Below, piece by piece: positions 44,479 to 54,283 of a DNA stretch of 64,000 nt. Each line of letters begins with the position of its first letter. Positions within the stretch are counted from its first letter, which is position 1. Location: assembly GCA_035513575.1 (NCBI GenBank), contig DATKBW010000157.1:14831-78830 (forward strand), given 5' to 3'. The notes beneath the pieces are model-generated. The model was not told the DNA's origin, did no database searches, and saw only the letters and a list, made by a program, of their open reading frames with translations. Made by a program: the position numbers and the translations under genes. Origin of the DNA: Longimicrobiales bacterium (GTDB lineage Bacteria; Gemmatimonadota; Gemmatimonadetes; Longimicrobiales; RSA9).

Positions 44479-44907
44479 ATGAAGACGTACACCCCCAAGG
44501 CCACCGAGATCGAGCGGCGGTGGTGGATCGTGGATGCCGAGGGCCAGGTGCTGGGACGGCTGGCCAGCGCGGTGGCGCAGGTGCTCCGTGGCAAGCACAA
44601 GGCGATGTACACGCCGCACCTGGACACGGGTGATTACGTCGTGGTGGTGAACGCGTACAAGGTCCGCCTCACGGGCCGGAAGGAAGAGCAGAAGACGTAC
44701 TTCCGGCACACGGGTTACATGGGCGGTGCGAAACACATCCCGTTCGAGCGGATGCGGGAGGACCACCCGGAGCGCGTGGTGGAGCTGGCGGTGAAGGGAA
44801 TGCTGCCGAAGAACAACCTCGGCCGCCTGATGCAGAAGAAGCTGAAGGTGTACGCCGGTCCGGAGCATCCGCACGAGGCCCAGCAGCCGGAGACACTGGA
44901 GATCTGA
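44479..44907 (+). CDS. rplM: 50S ribosomal protein L13
   Basis: [30 protein letters not shown]...[22 protein letters not shown] is the L13 signature. Confidence 0.97.
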   Translation: MKTYTPKATEIERRWWIVDAEGQVLGRLASAVAQVLRGKHKAMYTPHLDTGDYVVVVNAYKVRLTGRKEEQKTYFRHTGYMGGAKHIPFERMREDHPERVVELAVKGMLPKNNLGRLMQKKLKVYAGPEHPHEAQQPETLEI

Positions 44908-45302
44908 TGGCGACGGTTCAGCAGAACAACGGCGTGGGGCGCCGCAAGACGAGCGTGGCGCGGGTCTACATCCGGCCGGGGAACGGGACATGGACGATCA
45001 ATGGTCGTTCCCTGGAGGAGTACTTCCCCCGCAACACGCACCAGCTGCACGCGAAGGAGCCGCTGGCCGCGACGGAGAACGAGGGGACGTACGACGTGAA
45101 GGTGGTGGTGCGGGGCGGGGGGAAGACCGGGCAGGCCGGGGCGATCCGCCTGGGACTGGCCCGGGCGCTCCTGGAGGTGGATGGTGAGTATCGGGGCACG
45201 CTGCGGGCGCGGGGGATGCTGACACGGGATCCGCGGAAGGTGGAGCGGAAGAAGCCGGGCCAGCCGGGCGCGCGGAAGCGGTTCCAGTTCTCGAAACGGT
45301 AA
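44907..45302 (+). CDS. rpsI: 30S ribosomal protein S9
   Basis: [17 protein letters not shown]...[19 protein letters not shown]...[24 protein letters not shown]. The ATG overlaps the rplM stop. Confidence 0.97.
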   Translation: MATVQQNNGVGRRKTSVARVYIRPGNGTWTINGRSLEEYFPRNTHQLHAKEPLAATENEGTYDVKVVVRGGGKTGQAGAIRLGLARALLEVDGEYRGTLRARGMLTRDPRKVERKKPGQPGARKRFQFSKR

Positions 45303-45308
45303 TCAGAG

Positions 45309-45386
45309 CTCAGAATTCCGAACCGGGAAGTCAGGCCTCAGAACTCCGAGGTGGTGAGCCACCGGGGTCCGACCTCTGAAATCCGA
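45309..45386 (+). repeat. three direct copies of CTCAGAAyTCCGA-like 13-mer in the rpsI-rpsB spacer
   Basis: CTCAGAATTCCGA at 45309-45321, CTCAGAACTCCGA at 45337-45349, CTCTGAAATCCGA at 45374-45386. An AT-rich inverted repeat GAATTT-TG-AAATTC (45385-45398) overlaps the end of the third copy. Confidence 0.75.
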
Positions 45387-45496
45387 ATTTTGAAATTCAC
45401 ACACCGACCGGACGCCGTGCCAGGGTCCCCGAACCGGGGCGGCAGGCGGGTGAAGGCGGTGGACGAAAAACCCCGGGATCGACGAGAGAAGAGCGA

Positions 45497-46396
45497 ATGG
45501 CGGTAGGGACGGAGATCAAGGACCTGCTGGAAGCCGGTGTCCACTTCGGACACCAGAGCAGCCGCTGGAACCCGAAGATGCGGCGCTACATCTTCGCGGC
45601 GCGGAACGGGATCCACATCATCGACCTGAAGAAGACGCACGAGCTGCTGCACGAAGCGCAGCAGGCGGTGCGGGAGGTGGTGGTGGGCGGCGGGCGTGTG
45701 CTGTTCGTCTGCACGAAGCGGCAGCTGCGCGGGATCGTGGAGCAGGAGGCGGAGCGCTGCGGCGCGTTTTACGTGACGGAGCGGTGGCTGGGCGGGATGC
45801 TGACGAACTTCCAGACGATCAAGCAGCAGATCCGTCGCCTGAAGGACCTGGAGCGGGGGATCGAGGAAGGCGCGTACGAGTTCTACACGAAGAAGGAGCA
45901 GCTGCTGCTCGAGCGGGAACGGGAGAAGCTGAACAAGTACCTGGCGGGCGTGAAGGACATGGGGCGGCTTCCGGGCGCGATCTTCGTAGTGGACGCGAGG
46001 AAGGAGTCCATCGCGCTCAAGGAAGCGAACAAGCTCGGGATCCCCGTGGTGGCGATCGCGGACACGAACGCCGACCCGGAGATGATCGACTATCCGATTC
46101 CGGGCAACGACGATGCGATCCGTGCCGTCTCGCTGATCACGGGGGCGATCGCGGACGCGATGGAGCAGGCGCGGAAGGAAATGCCGAAGGACGCGCACCG
46201 CGCCGAGGACGAGGCGGGGACGACGTATTCCACGGAGCATGGTGCGCAGGAGGTGGAAGAGCGGCGGCCGAAGCGGCCGAAGCGGCGGCGTCGCCGTCCG
46301 CGTCCCGAGGCGATTGCGCAGGTCCGCACGGGCGCCGACGCGGAAGCGGAAGCAGAGGGCTCGGAGCCGGAGGGCGAGGCCGGCGAGGAGGAGTAG
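45497..46396 (+). CDS. rpsB: 30S ribosomal protein S2 (with charged C-terminal extension)
   Basis: [59 protein letters not shown]. The C-terminal ~50 aa are Arg/Glu-rich. Confidence 0.97.
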   Translation: MAVGTEIKDLLEAGVHFGHQSSRWNPKMRRYIFAARNGIHIIDLKKTHELLHEAQQAVREVVVGGGRVLFVCTKRQLRGIVEQEAERCGAFYVTERWLGGMLTNFQTIKQQIRRLKDLERGIEEGAYEFYTKKEQLLLEREREKLNKYLAGVKDMGRLPGAIFVVDARKESIALKEANKLGIPVVAIADTNADPEMIDYPIPGNDDAIRAVSLITGAIADAMEQARKEMPKDAHRAEDEAGTTYSTEHGAQEVEERRPKRPKRRRRRPRPEAIAQVRTGADAEAEAEGSEPEGEAGEEE

Positions 46397-46441
46397 CGCG
46401 GCGCGTGCGCCCCTGGGTGCGGAGAGAGAGAAGAGCGCTTC

Positions 46442-46478
46442 AGCGCCGCGATGAGAACGCGGCCCTGCGGCGCTTTTT
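46442..46478 (+). terminator. intrinsic terminator/attenuator between rpsB and tsf
   Basis: AGCGCCGC (46442-46449) pairs with GCGGCGCT (46467-74), an 8-bp GC-rich stem, directly followed by a T run (TTTT, 46475-46478). Confidence 0.6.
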
Positions 46479-46511
46479 CACGATACGCAAGGAACGGAAG
46501 GAAGACCAACG

Positions 46512-47351
46512 ATGGCGATCAGTGCGGGGCAGGTGAAGGAGCTGCGGGAGCGGACGGGCGCCGGGATGATGGACTGCAAGAAGGCGCTGGAGGAGACCGG
46601 CGGCGACATGGAGGCGGCGATCGACCTGCTGCGGTCGCGGGGGACGGCGAAGGCCGCGAAACGGGCGGGGAAGGAGGCGACGGAAGGGGCCATCGGCCTG
46701 CACATCGATACGGCATCGGGGATCGGGGCCCTGGTCGAGGTGGCGTGCGAGACGGATTTCGTCGCGCGTACCGACAACTTCCAGACGCTCGCGTCCCGGC
46801 TGGCGGAGCACGTGGCCACGCAGGCGGGGACCGACGGGACGGCCCGGGGGGACGAGCTGCTCGACCAGAAGTTCCAGGGCGGGGAGCAGACGGTGGGGGA
46901 GCGGATCACGGAGGTCTCGGCGCAGACCGGGGAGCGGATCGTGGTCCGTCGCTTCGCGCGCTTCGATGCGCAGGACGGTCCGGTGGCCGGCTATGTCCAC
47001 CTGACGGGGAAGATCGGGGTCCTGGTGGAGGTGAGCGGGGCGGTGGCCGCGGAGACCGCGCGGGATGTGGCCATGCACATCGCAGCAGCGCGGCCGCTGG
47101 CGGTGAGCGCGGACGAGATCCCGGAGGAGGTCGTGGAACGTGAGCGTGCCGTGTACCTGGAACAGGTCCGCAACGAGGGCAAGCCGGAGAACATCCAGGC
47201 GAAGATCGTGGAGGGCAAGCTGAAGAAGTTCTACAAGGAGAGCACGCTCCTGGAGCAGCCGTTCGTGAAGGACCCGGAGAGGACGGTGAAGGCGCTGCTG
47301 GACAGCGCCACCGTGCGGCGGTTCGTCCGTTACGAGCTGGGAGAGGAGTAG
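46512..47351 (+). CDS. tsf: translation elongation factor Ts
   Basis: VKELRERTGAGMMDCKKALEETGGDMEAAIDLLRSRG is the UBA-like N-terminal signature. Sits between rpsB and pyrH. Confidence 0.96.
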   Translation: MAISAGQVKELRERTGAGMMDCKKALEETGGDMEAAIDLLRSRGTAKAAKRAGKEATEGAIGLHIDTASGIGALVEVACETDFVARTDNFQTLASRLAEHVATQAGTDGTARGDELLDQKFQGGEQTVGERITEVSAQTGERIVVRRFARFDAQDGPVAGYVHLTGKIGVLVEVSGAVAAETARDVAMHIAAARPLAVSADEIPEEVVERERAVYLEQVRNEGKPENIQAKIVEGKLKKFYKESTLLEQPFVKDPERTVKALLDSATVRRFVRYELGEE

Positions 47352-48101
47352 GTGGCGGCCAAGGAGGCTGCGGCCGGGAGGCCGCGGGCGACGGACCTGA
47401 AGTACGGGCGGGTCCTGCTGAAGCTGAGCGGCGAGTCGCTGGCCGGGGATCAGGGATTCGGGATCTCCCCGACGGCGGTCGAGAAGCTGAGCGACCACAT
47501 CCAGGCGGTCCACTCCATGGGCGTGTCCCTCGGGGTGGTGATCGGCGGGGGGAACATCGTGCGGGGGACGCAGGCGAGCGCCCAGGGGATGGACCGGGTC
47601 AACGCGGACTACATGGGGATGCTCGCGACGATCATCAACGCGCTCGCGCTGCAGGACCTGCTGGAGAAGCGGCAGGTCGAGACGCGGGTGATGACGGCGA
47701 TCCGGATGGAGCAGCTGGCGGAGCCGTACATCCGGCGGCGCGCGCTGCGGCACCTGGAGAAGGGGCGGGTGGTGATCTTCGCCGGCGGGACCGGCAATCC
47801 CTATTTCTCGACGGACACCGCGGCCGTGCTGCGAGCCATCGAGATGGATGCACAGGTCCTGATCAAGGCGACGAAGGTCTCGGGCGTGTTCAGCGCGGAT
47901 CCGCACCGTGAGCCCGACGCGGAGTTCTACCCGCGGCTCTCGTTCATGGACGTGATGACGCGAGAGCTGAACGTGATGGACGCGGCCGCGGTGTCGCTGT
48001 GCAAGGACAACGGCCTTCCCATCATCGTGCTGAATATCCAGGAGCCCGATGCGGTGGTGCGGGCGATCCGGGGTGGAGAAGTCGGGACGCTGGTCTGCTG
48101 A
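47352..48101 (+). CDS. pyrH: UMP kinase
   Basis: [45 protein letters not shown] start immediately after the tsf stop. Confidence 0.95.
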   Translation: MAAKEAAAGRPRATDLKYGRVLLKLSGESLAGDQGFGISPTAVEKLSDHIQAVHSMGVSLGVVIGGGNIVRGTQASAQGMDRVNADYMGMLATIINALALQDLLEKRQVETRVMTAIRMEQLAEPYIRRRALRHLEKGRVVIFAGGTGNPYFSTDTAAVLRAIEMDAQVLIKATKVSGVFSADPHREPDAEFYPRLSFMDVMTRELNVMDAAAVSLCKDNGLPIIVLNIQEPDAVVRAIRGGEVGTLVC

Positions 48102-48156
48102 TGCGGCCGGCGATACGTTTCCGGCCCGGCGGAGGGGAGGACGAACGGAGATTCTG

Positions 48157-48708
48157 ATGCCAACGATCAAACAGATGCGGGAGCACATGGACGCGGCGGT
48201 GGACGCGATGCGCCGCGAGTTCTCGTCCGTGCGGACGGGGAAGGCCACGCCGGCGCTGCTGGACACCGTCCGCGTGGACGCCTATGGGTCCAAGATGCCG
48301 CTGAACCAGGTGGCGACGATCAACACGCCCGAGCCGCGGCTGATGGTGGTCCAGCCGTGGGACAAGTCGCTGATGGGCGAGATCGAACGAGGGATCCAGG
48401 GTTCGGGGCTCGGGCTGAACCCGTCGAACGACGGCAACGTGATTCGCGTGCCGATTCCGCCCCTGTCCGAGGAGCGTCGCAAGGATATGGTGCGGCTGCT
48501 TCACAAGATGGCGGAGGAAGGGAAGATCAGCGTCCGCCACGCCCGCCAGGAGGCGAACAAGGAGATCAAGCAGCGGGAGCACGACCACGAGATCAGCGAG
48601 GATGAGGCCCGCCGTCAGCAGGAGCAGGTCCAGACGATCACGGACGAGTACGTGGCCAGGATCGATGAGCTGATGAAGGTGAAGGAGGCGGAGGTCATGG
48701 AGGTCTGA
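48157..48708 (+). CDS. frr: ribosome recycling factor
   Basis: EFSSVRTGKATPALLDTVRVDAYGSKMPLNQVATI...NPSNDGNVIRVPIPPLSEERR. ATG 48157 follows GGAGGGGAGG. Confidence 0.95.
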   Translation: MPTIKQMREHMDAAVDAMRREFSSVRTGKATPALLDTVRVDAYGSKMPLNQVATINTPEPRLMVVQPWDKSLMGEIERGIQGSGLGLNPSNDGNVIRVPIPPLSEERRKDMVRLLHKMAEEGKISVRHARQEANKEIKQREHDHEISEDEARRQQEQVQTITDEYVARIDELMKVKEAEVMEV

Positions 48709-48833
48709 CCTCCACGCCGCCGCTTTACGCACCCCGGCCCGATGTCCTCCGATCCTCGGCACCCTGACGATCGACGGCCGCCTCCCGCGGCACGTAGCCA
48801 TCATCGGCGGTGCGGCCGGGTGGGAACGGCCTG

Positions 48834-49733
48834 ATGCCGCGGAGCGAACTGGGGAAGCGGCTGATCGTGGCCGCGATCGGCATCCCCCTCGTCGTCGTCG
48901 CGGTCTATATCGGGCGGTGGGCCATGGGTCCCGCGCTGGCCTTTTTTGCGGGCGGGGCGGCATGGGAGTTCTATCGGCTGGCGGAGCGGCGGGGCGTGCA
49001 TCCGATGCGGCTCCCCGGTGTGGCGAGCGCCGCCGCGCTGGTGCTGGTGGCCATGCTGCTGCCCAACGTGTCGCAGGCGGCGCCGGTCCTGTGGACGACG
49101 GCCATGGTCCTGGTCCTCGTCCTCTCCCTGGTGGCCACCTGGGAGCGAGGCGTGGAGGGCCAGCCGCTCCTGGCCGTGGCCGTCACTTCCTTCGGGGCGC
49201 TGCTTCCGGGCGGCGCCATGGCCTACGCCGTGTTCCTCCGCCACCTGCCCCTCGACCCCAATACCACGCCGATCCCCTACGCGACCTGGCGGTCCCTGGC
49301 GGGGCTCTCCCTGGTCGCGTACCCGCTCGCGGTGACGTGGCTCACCGACTCCGCGGCCTTCTTCGCCGGGAAGCGGTGGGGGAAACGGCGCCTGATTCCG
49401 AGCGTGAGTCCGGGGAAGACCGTGGTGGGGGCCGTGGCGGGGCTGGTTGGCGGCCTGCTGGGCGGCTGGGCGGTGGGCCATCTGGTCATGTCCATGTGGC
49501 TGGAGCTGCCCGTGAGCCCGGCGCTGGGCGCCCTGGGCGGGGTGCTGATCGCCGCCGTGTCCCAGGCGGGCGACCTGGCGGAGTCGGTCTGGAAGCGGGA
49601 GGCGGGGGTAAAGGACTCGGGGGCGTTCTTCCCGGGTCATGGGGGAATTCTCGACCGGATGGACTCACTGCTCTTCACGATCCCCGCATCCTACTGGTGG
49701 CTCTCGCTCGTGGTCCGGCAGGGGGTGGGGTGA
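48834..49733 (+). CDS. cdsA: phosphatidate cytidylyltransferase
   Basis: TDSAAFFAGKRWGKRRL, SPGKTVVGAVAG, SVWKREAGVKDSGAFFPGHGGILDRMDS. ATG 48834 used, GTG 48810 possible. Confidence 0.9.
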   Translation: MPRSELGKRLIVAAIGIPLVVVAVYIGRWAMGPALAFFAGGAAWEFYRLAERRGVHPMRLPGVASAAALVLVAMLLPNVSQAAPVLWTTAMVLVLVLSLVATWERGVEGQPLLAVAVTSFGALLPGGAMAYAVFLRHLPLDPNTTPIPYATWRSLAGLSLVAYPLAVTWLTDSAAFFAGKRWGKRRLIPSVSPGKTVVGAVAGLVGGLLGGWAVGHLVMSMWLELPVSPALGALGGVLIAAVSQAGDLAESVWKREAGVKDSGAFFPGHGGILDRMDSLLFTIPASYWWLSLVVRQGVG

Positions 49734-50860
49734 CCGGGGTATCGATCCTGGGGTCGACGGGGTCCATAGGGCGCAGCGCGCTGGCGGTCCTGGAGCGACA
49801 TCGGGACCGCTTCCGCATTGTGGCCCTGTCGGCGCACCGCAACGCGGAGCTGCTTGCGGCCCAAGCGGCGGCCTGGCGTCCGGGGATGGTGGTCCTGACG
49901 GACGGGGTGGAGTCCGTGCGTCGCGGGTGGCTGCAGGGGCGGGAAGGGCTGATCGCCGCGGCGACCCACCCGGAGGCCGACATCGTGCTCAACGCCATTG
50001 TGGGGGCGGCGGGCCTCGAGGCGACGATCGCGGCGCTCGAGGCGGGAAAGCGGCTGGCGCTGGCCAACAAGGAATCACTCGTGGCCGGGGGCGAGCTGGT
50101 GATGGACGCGCTGCGGCGCGGCGGCGGGTCGCTGATCCCGGTGGACAGCGAGCACAGCGCCATCCTGCAATGCCTGCCTGGCGGCAGCGCTGACGCGGTC
50201 CGGCGGATGATCCTGACGGCGTCGGGTGGGGCGTTCCGTACCGTTCCACTGGCGGAGCTGGCGCGGGTGAAGCCGTCGGCCGCGCTGCGGCATCCCACCT
50301 GGGACATGGGCGCGAAAATCACTGTGGATTCGGCGACGCTCGTGAACAAGGCGCTGGAGCTGATCGAGGCGCACCATCTGTTCAGGATGCGCTATGATCA
50401 GCTGGAGGCGGTCATTCACCCCCAGTCGATCGTTCATTCGATGGTGGAGTTCGAGGACGGATCGGTGCTGGCCCAGATGGGCTTTCCGACCATGGAGCTG
50501 CCGATCCTGTACGCGTTCACGCATCCGGAGCGTCTCGAGGACCATGGCACCCGCTTCGACCCGGTGAGCGCGGGCACGCTGACGTTCGAACCCGTGGACT
50601 CCGCGCGGTACCCCGCGTTCCGGCTGGGGGTCGCGGCCGGAACGGCGGGCGGATCCGCGCCCGCGGTCTTCAACGCGGTGAACGAGGTGGCGGTGGCCGC
50701 CTTTCTGGACGAACGGCTGGCGTTCCTCGAGATTCCGCGGATCATCGAGAATACCCTGGAGGCGTGCGCCGGCGGAACCGTGGACAGCCTCGAAACGGTT
50801 CGTGAGACGGACGCCCGGGCGCGGGCGCACGCGCGGGCACTGATCAAGGAGCTGATGTGA
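49730..50860 (+). CDS. dxr: 1-deoxy-D-xylulose 5-phosphate reductoisomerase
   Basis: ILGSTGSIG, LANKESLV, PVDSEHSAI, HPTWDMG. GTG start overlaps the cdsA stop (GTGA). Confidence 0.95.
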   Translation: MTGVSILGSTGSIGRSALAVLERHRDRFRIVALSAHRNAELLAAQAAAWRPGMVVLTDGVESVRRGWLQGREGLIAAATHPEADIVLNAIVGAAGLEATIAALEAGKRLALANKESLVAGGELVMDALRRGGGSLIPVDSEHSAILQCLPGGSADAVRRMILTASGGAFRTVPLAELARVKPSAALRHPTWDMGAKITVDSATLVNKALELIEAHHLFRMRYDQLEAVIHPQSIVHSMVEFEDGSVLAQMGFPTMELPILYAFTHPERLEDHGTRFDPVSAGTLTFEPVDSARYPAFRLGVAAGTAGGSAPAVFNAVNEVAVAAFLDERLAFLEIPRIIENTLEACAGGTVDSLETVRETDARARAHARALIKELM

Positions 50861-52215
50861 TTGCCATCCTGGCCACGATCATCGTCCTGGGTGTGCTGAT
50901 CTTCGTGCACGAGCTCGGGCATTTCGTCACGGCGAAATGGATGGACATCGAGGTGCCCCGCTTCTCCATCGGGCTGGGTCCGAAGATGATGGGCTTCACG
51001 CGAGGCGAGACGGAGTACGTCATCTCGTGGCTGCCGCTGGGCGGCTACGTGAAGATGGCGGGGATGGAGGACATGGAGTCGCTCGAGGGCGACGCCCACG
51101 ACAGCGCGGAGGCCCGCGGCAGAGGGCGCGATTTCGACTCCAAGTCGCTTCCGGCGCGGGTGCTCGTGATCTCCGCCGGCGTGATCATGAACATGCTGTT
51201 CGCGTGGTTCCTCTTCGCCGTGATCGCCATGGCCTGGGGCATGAGGGAGCCCCTGCCGCCGGTGGTCGGCGATGTGATCGAGGAGGCGGTCCCCGCGGAG
51301 GCCGTGGCTCTCACGGCGATCGCCCCGGGCTCCCGCGTAGTGGCCGTGAACGGACAGCCCGTCGGGGACTGGAACGAGGTCCAGCGCCGCATGGCCATGG
51401 CGCGCGACTCCATCACGCTCACGTTCGAGCGCGCCGCGCCGGTCACGGTGCCCGTACCGGAAGGGGACTCCGCGCACGCGGCCCTGGTCCGCTCGCTGGA
51501 ACCCTCCCTGCCCGTCGAGCCGACGATCGGGACCGTGGCGGAGGGCTCGCCGGCCGAAGCCGCGGGATTCCGCACCCGGGATCGGATCGTCATGGCCGCG
51601 GGGACCCCGGTGTCGTCGTGGCAGGACTTCGTCGGGGCGGTGGAAACCCGCCCCGGCGAGCGGGTTCCGGTGATCGTCGAGCGGGACGGGGAGCGCGTCA
51701 CCCTCGAGGTCGTCCCCGAGCCACGCGTCCTGGCCGGCGACCCGGGGGTGCGCGTGGGACGGATCGGCGTGAGCGCCCGCCAGCGCCCCGTCGACGCCTA
51801 TCCCCGCACCCGGCTGGGGCCGCTCCAGGCCGTGGCGCACGGCGCGGAGCAGACGTGGTCGATCACGGTCCTGATCCTCGAGTACCTCGGCGGGCTGTTC
51901 ACCGGCCAGGCCTCCCCCCGGGACGTCGGCGGGCCGATCCTGATCTACCAGTTCACGGACCAGGTGGTCCAGGTCGGGTTCGACGCGTTCCTGGACTTCA
52001 TGGCGCTCTTCTCCATCAACCTCGCCATCCTGAACCTGCTGCCCATCCCGATCCTGGACGGGGGTCAGCTGCTCTTCCTGGCGGTGGAAGGGATCCGGGG
52101 GAAGGCGCTGTCGATCGAGCAGCGCATGCGGCTCAGCCAGGTCGGGCTGGTCCTGGTGGTCGCCATCATGGTCTGGGCCCTGGCGAACGACGTGCTGCGC
52201 CTCTTCGGTCTGTAG
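50857..52215 (+). CDS. rseP: RIP metalloprotease RseP (site-2 protease)
   Basis: HELGHF zinc motif near the N-terminus, a PDZ segment, and NLLPIPILDGG. GTG start overlaps the dxr stop. Confidence 0.93.
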   Translation: MIAILATIIVLGVLIFVHELGHFVTAKWMDIEVPRFSIGLGPKMMGFTRGETEYVISWLPLGGYVKMAGMEDMESLEGDAHDSAEARGRGRDFDSKSLPARVLVISAGVIMNMLFAWFLFAVIAMAWGMREPLPPVVGDVIEEAVPAEAVALTAIAPGSRVVAVNGQPVGDWNEVQRRMAMARDSITLTFERAAPVTVPVPEGDSAHAALVRSLEPSLPVEPTIGTVAEGSPAEAAGFRTRDRIVMAAGTPVSSWQDFVGAVETRPGERVPVIVERDGERVTLEVVPEPRVLAGDPGVRVGRIGVSARQRPVDAYPRTRLGPLQAVAHGAEQTWSITVLILEYLGGLFTGQASPRDVGGPILIYQFTDQVVQVGFDAFLDFMALFSINLAILNLLPIPILDGGQLLFLAVEGIRGKALSIEQRMRLSQVGLVLVVAIMVWALANDVLRLFGL

Positions 52216-52223
52216 CCCCGGTC

Positions 52224-53045
52224 TCAGAAGAGGCTGAGCTGGGCCGGCGCCGCCCGGCGCCGGAGCGCCTCCACGTCCATGGGAGCGCCCGGCGCCTCCT
52301 GATCCGCGACGTCCAGCGACCCGCGGAACGGCGTCCCTTCCAGCCCGGTGCCCACGATGTCCCGGGCGAGCCCGGGATCGTTGCAGGAGTCGCTCAGGTG
52401 GGCCAGGACCACCGCCGCGAGGCCGTCATGGCAGAGCTCCCGGGCCAGCTCCGCGGCGGCGCGGTTGGACAGATGGCCATGGCTGGACGCGATCCGCTGC
52501 TTCACGGACCAGGGGTAGGGCCCGCTCCAGAGCCGCTCATCGTCGTGGTTCGCCTCCAGCACCAGCACGTGGCAGGCGGAAAGCGCGTGGCGTACGGACG
52601 TGGTCGGCCGCCCGAGGTCCGTGGCGACCCCCAGGCGCGACCCCGTCCGCGTGTCGGCCACCGTCACCGCGACGGGATCCACCGCGTCGTGCACGGTCAG
52701 GAAGGGCCGGATCTCGAGGGCGCCGACGCGGAACGCCCGGGCCGAGTCGTACTCCACGACCCTCTCGATCCCGCGAAGCAGCCTGCGGCAGGCGCGGCGG
52801 GTGCGGGGGGTGAGATAGAGCGGGGTGCCGAAGCGGCGGGCGAAGACGCCCATCCCCCGGGTGTGGTCGCCGTGCTCGTGGGTGATGATGATGGCGTCCA
52901 GCGCCTCCGGCGCGACGTCCACCGCGGCCATGCGCCGGGCCAGGTCCTTGCCGCTGAAGCCGGCATCGACCAGGACGCTCACGCCGTCCGCCTGGACCAG
53001 GACGGCGTTGCCGCGACTGCCGCTGCCGAGGACCGTGACCTTCAT
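52224..53045 (-). CDS. MBL-fold metallo-hydrolase
   Basis: MKVTVLGSGSRGNAVLV, ITHEHGDHTRG (HxHxDH), and later HGHLSN. ATG at 53045 chosen over the Arg/Pro-rich extension. Confidence 0.85.
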   Translation of the reverse strand: MKVTVLGSGSRGNAVLVQADGVSVLVDAGFSGKDLARRMAAVDVAPEALDAIIITHEHGDHTRGMGVFARRFGTPLYLTPRTRRACRRLLRGIERVVEYDSARAFRVGALEIRPFLTVHDAVDPVAVTVADTRTGSRLGVATDLGRPTTSVRHALSACHVLVLEANHDDERLWSGPYPWSVKQRIASSHGHLSNRAAAELARELCHDGLAAVVLAHLSDSCNDPGLARDIVGTGLEGTPFRGSLDVADQEAPGAPMDVEALRRRAAPAQLSLF

Positions 53046-53092
53046 CCCCCGAAGGTCGGTCCGGGGCGGGGCGCTGTCAACGCGGTCACGGA

Positions 53093-54283
53093 TCAGAAGG
53101 ACCGGGCCTCGAAGGCGGCGGTCAGCAGGCGGCGCTGCCGCTCCGACAGCGCGACGTCGCGACGGCCCATGACGGTCTCCGCGGTGTCCAGGAACCGCTC
53201 GACGGCGTAGACCACCTCGGGGTCGCCCCAGCTGAACGGGGGCACGTACTTCGGCGGCATTCCGCCGAAGATGTTCGATCCCGCCTCGACCACCGTGCCG
53301 GTGTTGAGCAGCGTGCCGATGGCCGTCTTCACGTGGTCTCCGAGGAAGCAGCCGATCTTCCGCTCGCCGGTGTCCACCTCTCCCTGTGGCGTCCAGATCC
53401 GCACACTGCCGTAGTTGTTCTTGAGGTCGCTGTTCGTGGTCATGGCCCCCAGGTTGACCCACATCCCCAGATAGGCGTGGCCGAGGAAGCCGTCGTGGGC
53501 CTTGTTGGAGTACCCGAGCACCACGGTCTCCTCCATCTCCCCGTGGACCTTGCAGACCGGGCCGATGGAAACGCGCTGGAAGGGTCCGCCCAGGAGCGTG
53601 GACCGTGGACCCACCCACGCGGGGCCGGCCAGGGCGGTGAAGGGCCGGACGTCCACGCCGTCCTCGAGGCGGATCGGGCCCTCCCGCGTGTCCAGCACCA
53701 CCCCCGGCCCGATGGTCACCCCCTCGCCCACGGAGAGGTGGCCACGGCCCAGGAGGTGGACGCCGGCGGGCAGATCCCGGGGCGGGACGTCCCGGCGGGT
53801 GGACCCGGCGAGGTCCCGGGCGACACGGTCGGCATTCCCGGCCATCAGCTCCCACACGCTGCCGAGCAGCGCTCCCGGCATGTCGCGGCGCGGCAGGTCG
53901 GGGGCGGCGCCGTCGGGGTCGAGCAGGAAGCCCGGGCGAGGGGTCTCACCGGGAGGCAACCTGCAGCCCACGACCCGCTCCCCCGCCACGAGCAGCGCGG
54001 GCGCGTCGGGGAGGGGCGCCGGCTCCGCGACGAAGCGAGAGCTCAGGAACACCGCTCCGTCCGGGAGGGCGCCGGGGGCGAGCACGGGGGGTGCCCACGG
54101 CTCGTCGTATTCGGCGACCCGCGGGTCGGAGGCATGGCCGAGACAGCGGAGGCCGAGGGCGGCCTCGGCCCGGGCTCTCAGGGTTCGGGCGCCGAAGAGC
54201 AGCTCCCCGGCGGGGCGCGTCAGGGTGAAGGGGCGCCAGCGCCGCGCGATGGCGTCATCGAACAGGATGAGGGGCGGGCTCAC
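53093..54283 (-). CDS. putative sugar nucleotidyltransferase/acyltransferase with left-handed beta-helix (alternative GlmU-like family)
   Basis: The C-terminal half shows hexapeptide-repeat character (VGEGVTIGPGVVLD, GCFLGDHVKTAIGTLLNTGTVVEAGSNIFG). GTG start overlaps the manC stop (GTGA). Confidence 0.6.
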   Translation of the reverse strand: MSPPLILFDDAIARRWRPFTLTRPAGELLFGARTLRARAEAALGLRCLGHASDPRVAEYDEPWAPPVLAPGALPDGAVFLSSRFVAEPAPLPDAPALLVAGERVVGCRLPPGETPRPGFLLDPDGAAPDLPRRDMPGALLGSVWELMAGNADRVARDLAGSTRRDVPPRDLPAGVHLLGRGHLSVGEGVTIGPGVVLDTREGPIRLEDGVDVRPFTALAGPAWVGPRSTLLGGPFQRVSIGPVCKVHGEMEETVVLGYSNKAHDGFLGHAYLGMWVNLGAMTTNSDLKNNYGSVRIWTPQGEVDTGERKIGCFLGDHVKTAIGTLLNTGTVVEAGSNIFGGMPPKYVPPFSWGDPEVVYAVERFLDTAETVMGRRDVALSERQRRLLTAAFEARSF

